From contig OZ024743.1 of NCBI GenBank assembly GCA_964016885.1, forward strand, positions 242,730,001-242,794,000: a DNA stretch of 64,000 bases. The letters run 5' to 3'. A model generated the notes under the pieces. The model was given only the letters and a program-made list of their open reading frames with translations. It was not told where the DNA came from and did not search any database. Made by a program: the position numbers and the translations under genes. The stretch comes from Eledone cirrhosa. Its lineage: Eukaryota. Positions 1-12,435 of this stretch are shown here, in pieces; positions within the stretch are counted from its first letter, which is position 1; every line of letters begins with the position of its first letter.

Positions 1-425
1 TAACAATAAAATTATTGTGTACAGTGCTCGGGTGCACTACAACTCATCAAAGGTGTATAGTGTTCGAAAAGCTGACCCTTGTTCCTCGATACATTGTTAA
101 CCTTGCAATAAAAATGCCATCACTTTCCGGTTAATTATAACGCCCTCTGTATAATAATAATAATGAAAGTTATTGTATACAATGCTCAGGTCCACTACAA
201 CTCATCAAAGTGCATTTATAGTACATAGAATAATGTACAAATGTCAGGAAAGTGAACAGCGTATGAGTCATGAAATACACATAGATACATGTGTGCATGT
301 GTGTGGAGGGGTAATATTAGGTGTTGTGTTGGCGAACTTCGGGAAGTATGGAAGGTTTGAAAGATACAGTGTCCCGACAGCTAACAACTGGTACAGGTAG
401 TTTGTTCCATGCTTCAGCAACTCTG
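1..425 (-). mobile_element. CR1-group LINE 3' end with duplicated tail
   Basis: RVAEAWNKLPVPVVSCRDTVSFK is a typical CR1/L2 ORF2 C-terminus. The tail gagttgtagtg(c/g)acc(c/t)gagca occurs twice (about 20-55 and 175-210). Confidence 0.65.
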
Positions 426-1309
426 AGCGTAGTTTGTATTTCTATATATAAAAAAAAATAATAAAAATAAGACGCGAATCTAAAAGAATGTGATTCGTCC
501 CTTTCTGCATGTTTCAAATTGTTCACAAAATGTTGTGTTTCTGATAAACGGCTCCCTACTTTATTGTTTATGGACCCTTATTATGTCATATTGTCCTGTT
601 CCAGTTCCTCCAATATCGTATTTTTTGCATGAATAAATATCAAATTAAATTGCCTCAGTGTGAATGTGTCTGTGAAACATATACATATATACACCAGGTC
701 CGAACACAAAGGAACCAAATTCCCGCTCCCTCCATCTCTCATTATTGTGAGCAAATGGAGGCCCACGCGCTCACCGGAGGATGGTGGGGTAAATTGGCTG
801 GAAGAGCCATTCCAGCTCGTGAGGCTCTCACTTGCGGGTAGCCAACTCTGTGCTGATGGTGTTGAGTAGGAAGATGGCCCTAGGGCCAAGGTCGCCAGAG
901 GTTTCCACTGCATTGTGGACAAGAAGAACAATAGATCAAGTTTCTTGATTTGCAATTTACATTTGCGTTAATTTTTAAATTTTCATTGTATTTAAAAATA
1001 TTTTGTTTGAATATATATATTTTTTTTAATCTACTGTAAATTATGTGTGATTCTTTCGGGTGTTCATTCATTTTAGGGGACTAATGGAGAATCGGGAGAT
1101 ATATTTTAGCAGCATTCAGAATATGAGGGTCGGCCGAAAAGTTCATAGGCTGACTATACTTGCATTAATTTTAACTCTATTGATAACTATTTTGTTTTGT
1201 TTTGTTTTTTCATGGTCTATGTTGAAAAATATACCTCATTTTAGTAATTTCATGAGAGTATATTGTAAACACTTTTCCTTTAATATGGGTGTCTTCTATT
1301 TAATATGTA

Positions 1310-1742
1310 TGACGCCTGTGTGAGGTGCGCGATGCTGCATGGTAGTGAAACATGGGCTGTGACTGCAGAGGACATGCGTAGACAGGAGAGAAATAAAGGA
1401 ACCATGTTTCGTTGAATGTGCAATGTAAATGTGAGAGAAAGGCGGGGCTTGGACGAGCTGGGGGAGAAGCTGGTTTAAGAAGAATCCGAGATAGTGTGCA
1501 GGAGAGAAGATTGCGTTGGTATGACCGATGGGTGAAGAAATGCCAAGAAATCCCAGTGGAAGGAAACCGAAGTAGAGATAGACCTAGAAAGACCTGGGCA
1601 GAGTTTGTGAGAGCTGACCTCAAATTGCTAAAACTGGCAAGGGAGATTACGAAGGAACGCAGCAAGTGGGAAGATGCCGTGTTGAGAAGAACGGTCCAAC
1701 CCATGCAAGCATGGAAAAGCGGACATAAAAATTATGATGGTG
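1310..1742 (+). mobile_element. Diverged RTE LINE 3' fragment
   Basis: MLHGSETW-like DNA, ERRLRWY..VKKC...RPRKTW, then a CCCATGCAAGCATGGAAAAGCGGAC tail running into (GAT)/(AT)n. Confidence 0.75.
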
Positions 1743-1873
1743 ATATATATATATATACATAAATACATGTAAACGAAACTCCATCGGTTTTCTTAATATA
1801 TACACTCTGCCTGTGCATCGAGAAGTGCTCATACTGGTACCACTACCAGATATTCACTCAAACACATACACTA

Positions 1874-2026
<153 letters not shown>

Positions 2027-2164
2027 CTCAGTAACGTGGATCGAAGTCTGTGTCAGCGTACAGTTGCTATTGAATCAACATATGGATTTCCGCTCGAAGT
2101 TGGACTTCAGGTGATTGTCCGAGGTTACTGCAATCGATAATCCATAGAGTAATTTTAATTACAC

Positions 2165-2430
2165 AATAAGTTACAAGAATACACCGTTCACTGTACAAGA
2201 AGGAAAATCAGTTATTACATAAAGCTTACATGTTTCATTAATATGTGAAGTTATTACATCTAGAAAGCGCTAATCCTGAGATAGTACTGGGGTAACTCAG
2301 ATTCCATTGGGCTAAATATATCTTCGCACATTGATGTAATGACTTCTCATATTAATGAAACATATGTAAACATTATGTAATAACTGCTTCTGCTTCTTGT
2401 ACAGTGAACGGTGTATTCATGTAAATTATT
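2165..2430. mobile_element. Fold-back / MITE-like element
   Basis: About 95-bp imperfect inverted arms (aatacaccgttcactgtacaagaag... vs ...cttcttgtacagtgaacggtgtatt). Confidence 0.6.
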
Positions 2431-2443
2431 GTCTAATAATATA

Positions 2444-2488
<45 letters not shown>

Positions 2489-2501
2489 TATATATATATA
2501 T

Positions 2502-2559
<58 letters not shown>

Positions 2560-2599
2560 AAGAACACAAGAGCGTCTACAACATCAAAAGATTTTTATT

Positions 2600-2647
2600 G
2601 GCTTACAATGTTTCTTCCTTACGTAACCGTAGGATTCATCAGAGCTA
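2600..2647 (-). ncRNA. Type I hammerhead ribozyme motif in a PLE pLTR-like fragment (2555-2890)
   Basis: Minus strand reads gcu-CUGAUGA-a-uccuacg/guua/cguaagga-a-GAAA-c-auu-g-UA-agc, then AAUAAA and (TA)n. Confidence 0.7.
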
Positions 2648-2979
2648 TAAAAGGGGTTTGATTGGTGTTATGGACTCTACCAACCAAACATTCAAGAAAA
2701 AAGAGTAAAGAGAGTAAAGAGCAAAAGCAGGGGACGATAAGTCTAATTTTGGTGCGGTGGGGTGGGGGGTGGGTCCTTGTTTACTAGCTGTGGTCATATT
2801 CATTCCCGGGAGTCGAGTGGTTAGTGGAGCCATAGATGGGGTGGCGTCGATAGTAGAGTGCAGAGGGTGTGCAGAGGCTACACACACACAAAGGGCATAC
2901 AATATATATATAACGGAGGAGAAAGTAAATGAGGTAATTAGAAATGGAATAAGAGTAATAATAATAATCTATAATTAAT

Positions 2980-3163
2980 TGTTCTACTTTAGGCACAAGG
3001 CCAGCAATTACCCAGTGCATTACTGGTACTTTATTTTATCGACCCCGTAAGGATGAAAGGCAAAGTCAACCTCGGCGGGATTTGAACTCAGATCGTAAAG
3101 GGACGTAACTATGCTGGAAAGCATGGCGTCCGACCCTCCACCGATATTGCCAATCCACCGCCC
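2980..3163 (-). mobile_element. tRNA-derived SINE (family A), full length
   Basis: A box TGGCAATATCGG, B box GAGTTCAAATCC, central GCCTTTCATCC..GGGGTCGATAAAATAAAGTACC, (ATT) tail. 11-bp TSD ctataattaat at 2969-2979 and 3163-3173. Confidence 0.85.
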
Positions 3164-3197
3164 TATAATTAATAATGTATAATAAGGCATGGGGAAG

Positions 3198-3238
<41 letters not shown>

Positions 3239-3244
3239 ATAAAT

Positions 3245-3960
3245 TATACAATTATCAAAGTTGTGTTCAAATCATTTAATAGCTGACAATCGTTTCTTCC
3301 AAACTCTCGTTTGGAATCATCGGAGCTTTATCAATGTTTGCACATATAATTCACCTCCTATTCAACTGAACACTAATATAGATACATATAAATTGATGTT
3401 GTGAGCAGCAGTTTCGTATTAACAGGGTGGGATGGATGCGACATATATTTTACGAGAATTGTACCATAATTGTACAAGCATTCAAGTTCAAATTAAAATT
3501 AAAATCAAAATCAAAATCAAAATCAAAATCAAAAGCACGGACGGAATACATGCAACAGTTAAAACAAGGGAATAGTCCAAATATTAAAGAGGCATTGAGG
3601 AAGCAGTTTTGAGAAAGGAAGAGTGCGATAACAATTCATTTGCAGGCGTGTGGATATTGTGACTGCGTAGGTCATATATATGAGAAGGAGACAAGCAAAG
3701 CTATTATGCATATATAGAAGAATAAATACTGCAGTTAGAGCAATTGTCTTAATGTATTAGAGTCTATGGTGGGTGTTGGATGTTTATGGTGTTCGAATTA
3801 ATGTGTGTTGAGAAACATACAGTTTTTGCAGGCTTTTCCATGGCATATGTTGAAATAAACTTTAGTTGGTGTTTATAATGAGTGTTTTGAGTTAGTTAGA
3901 GCAATGGATTGTAAATTAGTCTTAATGAATTCATATTCATAGACTATATTTGATCAACCA
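3245..3960 (-). mobile_element. Degenerate Penelope-like element 3' remnant
   Basis: Minus-strand ICHGKACKNCMF (Cys-rich linker-like) plus the hammerhead motif at its 3' end next to (TA)n. Confidence 0.45.
3281..3327 (-). ncRNA. Hammerhead ribozyme motif with one core substitution
   Basis: agcu-CCGAUGA-uuccaaac/gaga/guuuggaa-GAAA-cgauug-UC-agcu: perfect 8-bp stem II, 4-bp stem I, GUC site; CUGA is changed to CCGA. Confidence 0.7.
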
Positions 3961-4687
3961 TTATAATTTCAATCGTTAATTTCCGGAAGTGAATAAGTGA
4001 AGCTAATGCGTAACTAGCTAATTAAGTTCAGTTCAGTTATTAAAATTTATTAAGTTATTAACATTTATTAAGTTATTAAAGTTCAGTTATTAAAATTCTT
4101 TGTTCTAATACACAATATAATGTTATACCATTGGATCTCTGTTACTTAACCCTGTATATTTATGCCTGATTTTACAACATAGTGTATTCTACTATCATAC
4201 ATTAAAGGTTTCTTAAGATTGTTATCTATTCGTTCCTGGACAAGGTATATATGTCATGAAGGATCATACAGCTGTTAATATGTCATAATAGATCTGCTAC
4301 ATGTGCAATAACATCATCCCTAACGTAGAATGCTATCACATTTTATATTTAATTATAAGTGCATATATTATGTTGTACAATTTACTCATTTACTTATACA
4401 ACCATAAATGCACATATAGTCCATCATCATACATTTCATTAAATGTCTCTACATACCAAGTGCCAAATATCCATTACTGCATATGATATAATTAATCTAT
4501 TGTAGTTATATCACAAGGTGGTAACTCTGTCTAATTCTAACTGTTATTGCAGAGCATAAGGTTATAGATGAATAGGAGTTGTGTAGCGGAAAGAGTTGGT
4601 CGAGGGGCTTGTGGTTGTGGGTGCTGCTAAATCATAGATGTGTAGTGTTAATGGTGGTGGGGGATTCAAATCTGACATTGTTGTATA

Positions 4688-7105
4688 CTAACAGCTAGGT
4701 TTAAAGTTATGGAACGAGTGTTGGTACCGGTGTTGGCACGAGGAAAATGTCTCTGACTTTCTATTAAGGAGGTCTAGTTTCGAAAAGATTATAGTATGGG
4801 TCGCCAGAAGGCAGAGATTACACAATTTATTCGGTGGTTTATACGATGAGGCCCTACCTACTACTTCCCATTGCAGTGTAAATGGTCTATTCCTAGTTTT
4901 CAGAGAGTAGATAAAGAAGTGGAGCTGGCTAGATTGTGTTTTTTGAAAGAGTAGAGGTGCGAGTTGTATCTCGTCTTGAAGTTGTTCGAAGTAGAACCTA
5001 TATATGTTTTAGAAGAGTTGTTTGCTTTGACGGTGCATGAGTAGATGATGTCTTTGGTTAAGCAATTATTACCTAATGTGCAAGTTCTATTAGTTCTACA
5101 GTTACATTTATTCTGGTTGTTAGCTTGCCGGTTCCTATGTAGTGAAGAATTCTGGTTGCTAGGGGTAGCATTAGGGTAATGATGCCTCTCATTCGTATTG
5201 TTATTGATTTCATTAGTGCTATTATCATTATCACCATTATTACTACCATTGTTTACAGGTGCTAAGTTTACCCCCCGTTGTGTTTTAATTAGTTGGAAAT
5301 AGCTATTAATCTTCCTTTTATTACTACTATCTATATGGTATGCTATGTTAGGTGTGGTGGAGTACGATATTTTAATTGTATTTTTATTGATAAGGCTATG
5401 GTACTTGTGGCCGGTTGGGAAGTTTTTTTCTAAGATTGTGAAGAAAGCCTTAGGCAAGTTGGTAGAGACGTTTAGATTGAAAGGGGGATTGAAGAATGTA
5501 TTAGTTCTCCTTCTATTTTTGTTTATAGTATTTTCTTTTAGGTATTTATATTCATGTTTGTATTATTATTGTGGTGTTTACTTTGGTGCGAGTTAAGTTC
5601 GGTATCAGTCTTCTTCTTAGAGTTATAGTGGCTATTGTTTTTACTATCTTTCCTCATGGCCATATTATGAGAAATAATGTTCTAACTATGTGATTTTATA
5701 GGTAGGAATTCAATCTCATTCTTATGTCCTGATTTAGCTAAGGCCTCATTATAGTATTGTGAATTATTGTTGAATATAGTTTCATTATATGATAGATTAG
5801 AGATTATATTAGATATTCCTTTGGTAATGGAGTTTAATATGGATTTAGGGTGGTTAGAGTTGGTGTTCACATAAATTAGTTTTTCGTTAGGTTTATGATA
5901 GGGTGTGTATACTCTAGAGTCTAGGCTAAGAGTAGCGTCAAGGAAGTTGACGTTTGTAGTGTTTTTATCTAAGGTAATACTTAAGTTGTAGTTTTTGAAA
6001 ATTTTGTGTAACTGTTTCCTAGTTTTTTCTATATTAAATTTGTTATAGTCTATAAGAAGAAGCGCATCATCGCGGTATAAACCACCGTTAAGGTAGGGTA
6101 AATTCTTGTGGATTTCATTAAGTAGGTATAGGCCCACCAAATCGGTGACCTGCGCCGAGTCACTAGATCCCATGGTTATGTCAAAGTTGTTATGCGTATC
6201 CTTGCGGGTCCATAATTGATCTTCAAAAGAAATTATGGTTTTTCGAGCCGCAAGTATGACATCAATTTGGGATCTAGTCAGGTCACTATTGTTCATGGCC
6301 ATAATTAGAGCCTTATTTAATAGGATAGGGGAAATAGAGGTGTAGTATGAATTGATATCAAATTGTATAATTTTTTTATTTTTATACTCTTTAATACACT
6401 TGAACCATTCAATAACCTCACATGTATTTCCCCATTAGTTAAGGTAAATTTTGTGCTTAAATTGTGGGATGATTTTATCTAATATTTTCTTGCTGATAAT
6501 ACCAATGTCAGACTTGGAAGGGCAAATCAGTCTAATTGAAGGGTTACTAATGAAGTCTTCCTTATGGTCCTTCAGAGAGAATCGTGGGTGATTAGGGGTG
6601 TATGGCTGTGTATGTCTCTGAAGTCCTAATTTACTCACTATATTACGGCCTTCAATATTTATATCTTCCAGGTTTTTAGTAGTAGTTTTCTTGTAGCTCT
6701 TATGCAGATCCTTATATATACATTTTCTATAAGTATCGTAATCTAAGCTATATATATTATTAGTTTTATTTGCATGCACTATGATTTTTCTATTTTCATT
6801 AAATCCTTTAAAAGTGGAGTTAAGGTAGTTTAAGAAGGTGTTGTTTCTATTATGATGTTTTTTGTATTTTATGTTCTTAACTAGTTTAATTAGATCATCT
6901 TCAAATGAGTTTAATAATGTGTTGTGGGGAGGGCTTTTAAATGTTTTAAAGCCGTAATTGTCGAAGTTGTTCGTATCCCTGTTTTTGTCTGAACGTTTTC
7001 TATCGTAATGGAATGTCCTCCATCTCACTCTATTGATAAAAGAGTTGACACTATTGATCAATAATTTTTCATATGTATCTTTAGGTGGTATTGGTATGTT
7101 CTTGT
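4688..7105 (-). mobile_element. Near-complete Penelope-like retroelement ORF (RT + GIY-YIG), pseudogenised
   Basis: [10 protein letters not shown].....I.RVRWR N-terminus, ANKTNNIY, N*WGNT.EVIEWF..IQFDI..YYTSI, ITMGSSDSAQVTDLVG, GLYRDD, NFLDATL, CNCR..CTL..CL, YIGSTSNNFKTRYNSH, CNLCL, SCQH. One TAA at 6435 and frameshifts near 5.6 kb and 4.9 kb. Confidence 0.92.
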
Positions 7106-7142
7106 GTGCATAAACATATATATGCATTTATGTGTGTATATG

Positions 7143-7226
<84 letters not shown>

Positions 7227-7304
7227 CATACATACATACATATACACACATAAATGCATATATATGTTTATGCACACACACACACATATAATAATAATGA
7301 TAAT

Positions 7305-7512
7305 GATTTCTAGTATAGGCACAAGGGCAGTAATTTGGGGGGAAGGGAAAGTCGATTAAATCGACCCCAGTACGTTACTGGTGCTTTGTTTTATCGACCC
7401 CGAAAAGCAAAGTTAACCTCAGTTGTATTTTAACTCAGACTTTAAACGGCCGTAACTCTATGCTGCAAAGCATGGCGTCCGACTTTCTACCGATACTACC
7501 AATCTACCGCCT
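7305..7512 (-). mobile_element. tRNA-derived SINE (family A)
   Basis: Homologous to the 2980-3163 copy; (ATT) tail. Confidence 0.75.
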
Positions 7513-7529
7513 CCACCACCGCCACCACC

Positions 7530-10330
7530 TCTGTACACCAACTCCCATTGCTGTCATTAAACAACAATACTCCCCCGAAACAGTCAAAGCCAGCCACTAA
7601 GCTAGCCTCAACCTTTTTGCTTAATGCACAAGCATCAGCCCTTCCATCAATGCACAAAATCGAAGATCCTATTCATTGAAATTAGTTTGGGGACCATCCA
7701 CACCACATCCCTTTCCTCATCCTAACTGAGACCCATCTCGACAACTCCCACCTGGAAGCTGAAGTGACGGTGAGGAATTTTACAACCATCTACGCAGATC
7801 GTGTCGACAGAAAAAAAGGTGGAACTGCCATTTTCTTGCATGAGTCTTTCACGGTAGCCACACTTGACACATTTTTCAACGGTTACTGTGAATTAGTTTC
7901 TGTGTTTAATAAAGCCAATGACGTAAGAGCTTGAAACCAACAGTATAGTCACTCTTCAATTTCATGTATAGGTTTTTCTTGTCCCAATTTGTGCTCACAT
8001 CAACAAGATGTCACAAAAACATTCTGGACCTAGTGTTTAGTAACCACACAAACACCATTCACAATGTTGCAGTGGAAAAAACCCTCCTCGCGGTTGTCTG
8101 TAATGTGATTACACCAGCCATAGATCATAATACAAACTAGGATGCAACCATTCAGGATCTTTCACAGGTCCACTGGTCTTTCACATACACACACATATAC
8201 CTCCACCAACATCAAAATATATTGGCAGATATTTACAGACACCATTACAAATATACCTGTAAAACATACCCCAACAAGATCTGTGAACAAAACTAAGAGC
8301 AAAATTCCCAGGAATAGAACTGTCATAGAAAATAAAAAGAATTAAGAAAACAAATCAAGCAACTAAAATACTGCCAGTTGCAACACACCCATTCGGCTGT
8401 TATTGCATTGTTTGAATAAAAAAAAACAACAAAAAAAACATAACCTCCGAAGCAGCATGAAGACCATCATGAATAACCAAAGGAACAGCTGAGGAGGACT
8501 GGGCCATTGAGAAAATCAAACTCAATCCAAAAATAACAAGGTTGCTATCTCCATTGTTGGCTCTTCGGCTGATGAAAATAACATCCTCCATTATGATGCT
8601 AAAGCCATAACTGAGATGCTGCAGAAATAATACTGCTGTCTTCAGAAATCTTGATATGGTTGGTTTGGACAGTATCAGCGACGGAAGCCTCAATACACTA
8701 TATCTGACATAATGTTTGGGTCCTTTAATATATTAGCGGCAATAAGCAAAATCAAGCACACCTCAGCAGTAGGCCCCGATAGATTCACTGCTAATGTCCT
8801 GAAGAATTGCCAACATCAACTTGCATCCTCTCTTGCTAATCTTTGAAGAAACTCACTGGAGGCAGACTATATCTCTGAATATTTCTTGTCCCGGTCTGTT
8901 GTCCCAGTTTTCAAAAAGGGTGACAAGTCATTTGCAGTGAATTACTGTCCAATCTCACCTCTCATTTCATCGAGGTATTTGAGAGGGTGGTGAGATCACG
9001 AATAACTCTCTTTTTTGAAAGGAAAAATCTACTGAACTCCAGCCAGCCTGGGTTCCGTGATGACAGGGACTGCCTGGCGCAGCTATTGCATCACTTTGAT
9101 GAAAAGTTGTGGGAGATGGCACCAAGTCGGATGTTATTTCCTTGATTTCAGTAAGGCCTTTGACAGGGTCGATCACAACATCCTATTGAAGAAATTATCC
9201 ATTATTTGAGTCTGTGGAAAGCTACCGCAGTGGATTAAATGTTTCCTGACAAACAGTGTCCAGCATATTATGGTCGAAGAAATACGATCAGGTTCAGCCA
9301 AAGTCAGTTGTGGAGTCCCACAAGGCACTGTGTTGGGCCCACTTCTTTTCATTATCTATATAAATGATATTATAGACGTCATCAAGCTCAGCAAGATAAG
9401 AATTTTCACATATGATTCCAAGGTCATCAACAGAGTGGGAGACCGGACAAACCTTCAATCGGATCTGTGCGCTATTATTCAATGGGCGACAACAAAAATA
9501 ATATGCTACTAAACGAGGATAAATTCGGATTAATCCACTTTGGAAAAATGGATGCACTGAAGTTACTATATTCTCTTCTCTCGTAGCATCAAACACCACC
9601 AGAGACCTTGGATTAATTGATGACAACTTAAACTGGAGTACTCACATAGACACCAAAGTTGACTTGGCCCGTAGGATATGTTCCTGGATTCTCAGAACTT
9701 TCCGGTCTAAAGAAATTCACACCATCTTCCTACTCTACACTACCTTTGCCCGTCCCCACCTTGAATACTTTGTCCACTATGGTCTCCTCACACGAAACAA
9801 AATATTATGAAAATTGGAGCACCCCAGGGGTCAATTAAAAAAAGGATAGACTGTATGACAGGCCTGAACTAAAACTCAAACTCTACTTTCTCCAACGTCG
9901 CTATGGACGCTACATCATATGTAAGATGTGGAATATCTTCCATCAATATTGCCCAAATGATGTTGGTATCACCCAAAGCTTGGTTCCAGTGCTATCCGCC
10001 CATTACAAAAATCAAATTGGCATCTCATAGCTACGATACGACACAACTACTTCACCTCAATTGGCTCCGCTCTCTTTAATATCATATCAAAATACATCAA
10101 GACAAAAACATCCCATAATATTTTTAACAAATTTTTAACATCCCATAATATTTTTAACAAATTCATCCAAGAAATCCCGGAAAAACTCCTAACACCCGGA
10201 TATGTCTCTGAAAACAATGACTCTTTACTAGAGTGGGTGACGGTGTCCAAAACATGACTAGATTGTGAACCTTTAAACTAAAAGACTTCGCTTGGTGGCG
10301 CTATTAGGTTAGATATGCTCTAGCTATTAG
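7530..10330 (+). mobile_element. Degenerate CR1-group LINE ORF2 (APE endonuclease + RT)
   Basis: ILTETHL..DRVDRKKGGTAIF (APE); VPVFKKGDK..NYCPIS, DFSKAFDRVDH, GVPQGTVLGPLLFIIYIND, RPHLEY; many stops and frameshifts. Confidence 0.85.
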
Positions 10331-10374
10331 GTTAGAGATGATCTAGGTCAATACTGGCCGAAACCTATCAAATT

Positions 10375-10408
<34 letters not shown>

Positions 10409-10409
10409 T

Positions 10410-11680
10410 TAGGATGGCCCTTACCAATAGGTAATTTTCCGAAAGTAAACATTTTGCTGCTCCCACCTAACCCTGTTCAAATCAACAAAAACATGGGGTG
10501 TGTAAAATTTCAGCTTAATCGGACCACTGTTAGGCGACCCTCAAACGTCTTGAAGTTGGAACATAGTATACGCAACGATTAATTCTGTGCAATAGCGGTA
10601 TACTGCTCGTTATCACGGCCATTTTCTTTTTCCTTCTGTGAGAAATTTATGTGGACACATCCAGGCAACCCCAGCAAATGTTTAAAAACGTTCTGAATCA
10701 AATTTACCAATAGTTAATTTGAAAATATCCTGAAATAACATGAAAAACTTAAGAAATATTAGGTTTTCTAAATCCTAGCTCTATAAGAGAAACGCATTTT
10801 TATTTACAACAATAATTTCTATAGAATCAAAAACATAATGTGAACACTGAACACTGAATATTGAACACTATTTTTACATAAGAGATTGGCAGTATCGGTA
10901 GAGGGTCGGACGCCATGCTTTTCAGCACAGTTAAGTCCTTTTACGGACTGAGTTCAAATCCCGCCGAGATTAACTTTGCCTTTCATCCTTAAGGGGTCGA
11001 TAAAATAAAGTACCAGTAATACACTGGGATAATTTCTGGCCTTGTGCCAAAAGTAGAATCAATTATTTTTACATAAGAGAGGGCGGTGAATTGGCAGTAT
11101 CGGTAGAGTGTCGGACGCCATGCCTTCCAGCATAGAGTTACGCCCCTTTATGGTCTGAGTTCAAATCCCGCCGAGGTTAACTTTGCGTTTCATCCTTACG
11201 GGGTCGATAAAATAAAGTACCAGTAATACACTGGAATAATTGCTGGCCTTGTGCCAATAGTAGAAACAATTATTTTTACATAAGAGAGGATTTAGTGGCA
11301 GTTGGATGTTTTACGGTTTTCGGTAACGATCTGAAAAACAAATTGTTTCTCAGTTTCATCTTTTGTGAGAATGTTATTGTAATCCTGAATGAGTTTGACA
11401 CCTCTTTCTGCAACATCATTCACAACAACTGTCTTCTCAAGTTTTTTAAGTCCACTTTTGTAACCAGGATCATCCTTCCATATTGAAAGGTCTTTGTCGA
11501 GAAAATCGGTACAAATAGAAAATCCCGTGAAGAAAATTTTTGTACCAGGCATTACAAAAGACGAAAACTCGATGTTTGTAAAGGAAGAAAAGTCATTTTG
11601 GTGCAGAATGTACCTCTTCAGTTGATTTTTTTTTCTTTTTCACCTTTGTCCGCTTCCAGCATAACTTGCGCAATATTTGC
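10410..11680 (-). mobile_element. hAT-superfamily (hATm-like) DNA transposon 3' part
   Basis: Transposase C-terminus VVVNDVAERGVKLIQDYNNILTKDETEKQFVFQIV (11292-11552) and a TAGG(A)TG-type terminus at 10410. Subgroup assigned from recalled motifs only. Confidence 0.55.
10886..11270 (+). mobile_element. Two tandem family-A SINEs nested in the hAT element
   Basis: Copies at 10886-11063 and 11081-11270; 17-bp tatttttacataagaga at 10869, 11064 and 11271. Confidence 0.88.
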
Positions 11681-11684
11681 CTTA

Positions 11685-11995
11685 ACCTCTCCTTGCTCTC
11701 CTTTTCTCATTGCTTTCCTTGCTCTCCTTTTACCCTTGCTTTCATTGCTCGCCTTTTCTCATTGTTCCCCTTGCTCTTCTTGCTCTCCTTGCTCCATTTT
11801 TCTCATTGCTCCATTGCTCTCCTTTTATCCTTGCACTCCTTGCTCTCCATTTATCCTTGCTCGCCCTTTCTTCTTCCTCTCCTTACTCTCCTTTTATCCT
11901 TCCTCTCCGTGTTCTCCTTTTCTCATTGCTCTCCTTGCTCTCCGTTGCTCCTTGCACTCCTTGCTCTCCATTTATCCTTGCTCTCCTTGCTCTCA
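11685..11995. repeat. Degenerate CTCCTTGCT / TTTCTCATTG minisatellite
   Basis: Recurrent ctccttgct, ctcattgct and ttatccttg units. Confidence 0.75.
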
Positions 11996-12029
11996 TAATA
12001 AATACATGAAAATATATTCCATACTTTGT

Positions 12030-12365
12030 CCTAATGAAGAACTTCAAGGTTAACAACATTTATTGTCTTTCTTTGATGTAGAGAATTTTTGAAGTTCCAG
12101 TCCTTGAAAGAGCCACATAAAACATGCCATGACTGAAACATGGGTTTGTCAGATCTATACCAATAGTTTTGAAAGTTTGACCTTGACTCTTATTGATGTT
12201 CATAGCAAAGCATGGCCTCACTGGGAACTGCAGCCTCTGAAATGTAAAAGGCAACTCGCTATCACTTGGTATAAGTCGAATCCTCGGAATAAGAAGACCT
12301 TTGTAAGCCCCGAATATAATGGTTGCTTCAATCAAGTTCTCATGCAATCTTGTTCCATTTATTGG
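12030..12365 (-). mobile_element. Helitron RepHel PIF1-helicase C-terminal fragment
   Basis: [37 protein letters not shown]...[13 protein letters not shown], followed after a frameshift by NVVNLEVL*. Confidence 0.85.
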
Positions 12366-12435
12366 CCAAAATTTTCACTATAGGGGGTTTAACCCCCATT
12401 AGGGTGTCTTAATATTATTGAAATTTGCTGAAATT

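Noticed and set aside
581-955. 124-aa ORF in a locally GC-richer patch
   Set aside because: No recognisable motif or splice context; probably an unclassified repeat fragment.
4900-4902. In-frame TGA in the PLE endonuclease as possible selenocysteine
   Set aside because: Not at a Cys position; the conserved sequence (LQWEVV..CNLCL) continues in another frame, so this is a frameshift.
11598-12053. Three overlapping Leu/Ser/Pro/Cys-rich ORFs
   Set aside because: Artefact of a stop-free pyrimidine-rich minisatellite.
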